Assembly (NCBI GenBank): GCA_035267465.1
Contig: DATFLS010000364.1
Location: 1 to 40,185, forward strand
Reading direction: 5' to 3'
From: a bacterium
Lineage (GTDB): Bacteria; Fidelibacterota; JAANXI01
Length of the DNA stretch: 40,185 nt
The notes under the pieces were generated by a model that was given only the letters and a program-made list of their open reading frames with translations, had not been told where the DNA came from and searched no databases. This document shows positions 37,520 to 40,185 of the stretch, one piece after another; positions within the stretch are counted from its first letter, which is position 1; each line of letters begins with the position of its first letter. Position numbers and translations under genes: made by a program.

Positions 37520-38602
37520 ATGTATTCGTCATCACCATTAGATAACACCCCTCGCTGGCAGGAATTCTCACACGGATATGAATCCTGGACCCTCATCCTC
37601 AACGATAGCCAGTCCCAATTCGGCTGGTGGATTGAATTTTCGATCATCCGGACGATGGATTCACCTCCACTGGGAGCGGTGAAGTTCGTCTACTTTAACC
37701 GCTACCAGCCTGAAAAAGAGAACCGGTTTTTTTGCCAGACATTCCCGGCGGACCAGTGTCGTGTGAATACGACAGACGGCAATGCCTTCGAATGCAAATT
37801 CGGAGACAATCATCTCCAAGAGCACCGGAGCAATGGCTGCATTTCCCGGCCGGCCGAAACCGTAACCTGGGATGTACGCTGGGTTCCGGAACCGGAAAGA
37901 AACTTTGTCCCCTTTCCATCCAAAGCGCTCTATCGATGGAAGCACCCCAGGTCCAAATTGGTCACGCCGAATCCGCTGATACACATCGATGGGACTGTTA
38001 CCATCGGATCCCTGTCACTCGATATCGAAGGAGGAGCCGGAAGCCAACACCATCTCTGGAGTACACAACTTCCTTCCCACCTGGCCTGGTTCCATTGCAG
38101 TGCATTCGAAGAAACCGATTTTGCCTGGATCCAGGGGTTGACCACCCGGGGAAAGTTCTTCAACCTGTGCCATCCTCGAGTATCACTTTTGCACTTTAAT
38201 ATGTACGACATCGGATATCCGTTTAACCGGATCCCGGATATGGCGCGTACCAGCTCGGATTACACGCTCCACCGATGGGTGCTTGCCGCCGAACGCCAGA
38301 CACACAGAACGCAGATAGAGATTCAGAATGCCCCGGTCAATATGGTCCGGGAAGAAATGGCGCTCACCGCTGACAGACAAACCTACCGGCACTTCACTAC
38401 GCTTGCCAGTGCGCAGGTGATATTTTCGGAGCGACAGGCGGGAACCTGGAACATTCTCCACAAACTCACCTGCCGGAACGCCGCGACATTGCTCGTGTTT
38501 CGATCTGAACCGGATCCGCGAGTTCCACTGCTCCGCCAGCCGGAGGGATCGAGTGATGAAGCGAATAATCCTGCACCTGGAACGAGAAACCCGAATATGT
38601 AA
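37520..38602 (+). CDS. Hypothetical cytoplasmic protein, unknown family
   Basis: 360-aa ORF with no signal peptide or TM segment, rich in Trp/His/Arg. The motif GGAGSQHHLWS...LAWFHC vaguely recalls the G.aW.DH.W core of AttH/CrtC/tocopherol-cyclase-type lipocalin-like enzymes. The resemblance is very tentative. Confidence 0.5.
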   Translation: MYSSSPLDNTPRWQEFSHGYESWTLILNDSQSQFGWWIEFSIIRTMDSPPLGAVKFVYFNRYQPEKENRFFCQTFPADQCRVNTTDGNAFECKFGDNHLQEHRSNGCISRPAETVTWDVRWVPEPERNFVPFPSKALYRWKHPRSKLVTPNPLIHIDGTVTIGSLSLDIEGGAGSQHHLWSTQLPSHLAWFHCSAFEETDFAWIQGLTTRGKFFNLCHPRVSLLHFNMYDIGYPFNRIPDMARTSSDYTLHRWVLAAERQTHRTQIEIQNAPVNMVREEMALTADRQTYRHFTTLASAQVIFSERQAGTWNILHKLTCRNAATLLVFRSEPDPRVPLLRQPEGSSDEANNPAPGTRNPNM

Positions 38603-38645
38603 AAGTACCCAGCATGATCATCAAGTGTAAATCAGGAGAAACATA

Positions 38646-40185
38646 ATGTCTACTCCAAGAGATACCAGGTCAGCCCGGGATGTCGAAGGGCGTTCCAGGC
38701 AAATTGCGGAAGAATCCCGGGAGACGACATGGGAGAAACCCAGCTTCCTGCGCGAACTCTTTCTGGGTGATCTCCGGTTGGATTTGATACACCCGTTTCC
38801 GGATTCCCAGGGATCCGACCGGGAGGTCTATACCGAATTTTACAACAAAATGCGGGCATTCTTGCGGGATGAAGTGGACTCGGACGCCATCGATCGCACG
38901 GGGAAAATCCCGGACGAATATATTGATCGCCTGAAGGAAATGGGCGCCTTCGGAATGAAGATAGACCTGGAGTATGGCGGACTTGGTTTAACACAGTATG
39001 AATACAATGAGATCATGAAAATGCTCTCCGGCCAGGACGGCAGTATAACCGCCTTGCTCTCCGCCCACCAATCGATTGGAGTGCCGCAACCGCTCAAATT
39101 GTTCGGAACCAGGGAGCAGAAGGAGCAATATCTTCCCAGGATCGCCCGGGGAGCGATCTCTGCATTTGCGCTGACAGAACCGGAAGTCGGCTCTGATCCG
39201 GCCAGCATTAAAACGTCTGTCCGGGAATCGCAGGATGGAAATGCGTATATGCTCAACGGAGAAAAACTGTGGTGCACGAACGGGACAATCGCAGAGATCA
39301 TCGTCGTCATGGCACGCCATGAAAGCGATGGAAAAATCTCGGCTTTTATTGTGGAGTCGGACTGGTCCGGGGTGAGCGTCGAACATAAATGCTCGTTTAT
39401 GGGCCTCAAGGGCATCGAAAACGGGGTGCTTGCGTTCAAGGAAGTCCGCGTTCCCAAAGTAAATTTACTCTGGGAACGGGGCAAAGGATTGAAACTGGCT
39501 TTGACCACGCTGAACACCGGCCGGCTGACGCTCCCGGCTTCCTCCGTGGGTGCCGCAAAACAATGCCTGGAAATCAGCCGGCGCTGGGCGAAAGAACGCA
39601 AACAATGGGGACAGGTGATCGGCAAACATGAGGCGATCGGACACAAACTCGCAGATATGACTGCCGAGATCTTTGCCATGGAATCGGTGGGAGATCTGGC
39701 GTCCTGCCTGGCCGATCAGGACGTGGACATCCGGCTGGAGGCGGCGGTGGCGAAACTCTTCAATACCGAAGCCGGGTGGCGTATCGCCGACGAGACTCTC
39801 CAGATTAGGAGCGGCCGCGGATATGAAACCGCTGCTTCCCTCCGTGCCCGGGGGGAAGCGCCCATTCCGGTCGAACGGATTTTCAGGGACACCCGGATTA
39901 ACCTCATCTTTGAAGGATCCAGCGAAATCATGCGGCTGTTCATCGCCCGGGAAGCGGTGGATAAACATCTGAAAGTCGCTGGCGACTTAATTGATCCGAA
40001 AGTATCTTTGCGCAAAAAGCTGGCGAAGATCCCCCGGATCCTCGGATTTTACGCAGTCTGGTATCCGTCTCAATGCCTGGGATGGACGCACTGGCCGAGG
40101 TTTGGGGACTTCGGCGCCCTGGCGAAACACATGCGGTTCGTTGCGCGGCACTCCCGGCGACTGGCCCGCAATATGGTACACGGCA
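38646..40185 (+). CDS. Acyl-CoA dehydrogenase, long form (3'-truncated by window end)
   Basis: This open frame is not listed in the ORF track because no stop is reached. My translation from ATG 38646 gives [15 protein letters not shown]...[17 protein letters not shown]...LWCTNG...GRGYE...[27 protein letters not shown], which are classic ACAD motifs. The minus-strand ORFs 38840-39679 and 39465-39968 are shadows of it. Confidence 0.88.
   Translation, partial: MSTPRDTRSARDVEGRSRQIAEESRETTWEKPSFLRELFLGDLRLDLIHPFPDSQGSDREVYTEFYNKMRAFLRDEVDSDAIDRTGKIPDEYIDRLKEMGAFGMKIDLEYGGLGLTQYEYNEIMKMLSGQDGSITALLSAHQSIGVPQPLKLFGTREQKEQYLPRIARGAISAFALTEPEVGSDPASIKTSVRESQDGNAYMLNGEKLWCTNGTIAEIIVVMARHESDGKISAFIVESDWSGVSVEHKCSFMGLKGIENGVLAFKEVRVPKVNLLWERGKGLKLALTTLNTGRLTLPASSVGAAKQCLEISRRWAKERKQWGQVIGKHEAIGHKLADMTAEIFAMESVGDLASCLADQDVDIRLEAAVAKLFNTEAGWRIADETLQIRSGRGYETAASLRARGEAPIPVERIFRDTRINLIFEGSSEIMRLFIAREAVDKHLKVAGDLIDPKVSLRKKLAKIPRILGFYAVWYPSQCLGWTHWPRFGDFGALAKHMRFVARHSRRLARNMVHG

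Noticed and set aside
1-40185. Mobile element, prophage, genomic island or defence system content.
   Set aside because: I found no integrase, transposase, phage structural gene, restriction-modification system, toxin-antitoxin pair or cas gene, and no flanking long repeats or tRNA. The only accessory-looking region is the duplicated cassette with its AT-rich spacer.

Overview
This is a 40.2-kb chromosomal segment from a diderm (Gram-negative) bacterium. I cannot assign a taxon from the sequence alone. Gene content loosely resembles uncultured FCB-type lineages, but Shine-Dalgarno sites are used, and this placement is a guess. I can support about 34 protein-coding genes, one of them cut by the window end, plus one apparently frameshifted small lipoprotein gene. 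I see no rRNA, tRNA, CRISPR array, transposase or integrase.

Layout from left to right:
- A Tat-signal DUF362-like protein.
- A dispersed regulatory cluster: a sigma54-type response regulator, a frameshifted lipoprotein, a TPR protein and a soluble PAS histidine kinase.
- A GNAT acetyltransferase and a FabL/FabI-like SDR.
- Two tandem copies of a two-gene cassette (a large acidic multi-module lipoprotein plus a FadL/PorV-like outer-membrane barrel), separated by a 628-bp AT-rich spacer.
- Peptidases (DPP-IV-like S9 and an M20 dipeptidase), an MBL hydrolase, a GlmU-like protein and a GT9-N-half-like protein.
- sdhCDAB.
- On the minus strand, tonB-exbD-exbD-exbB, an S41 C-terminal protease, and a lipid A operon (Gfo/Idh/MocA - ICMT-like methyltransferase - lpxB - DUF374 - lpxK).
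- A CPBP protease, an unknown 360-aa protein and a partial acyl-CoA dehydrogenase.

The best candidate for an undescribed system is the duplicated lipoprotein + FadL-like barrel cassette at 9188-16923. The second most informative inference is that the lipid A operon carries LmtA-like and GnnA-like genes, suggesting a Leptospira-type modified lipid A. All family calls come from motif recognition by eye. No searches or computations were run.
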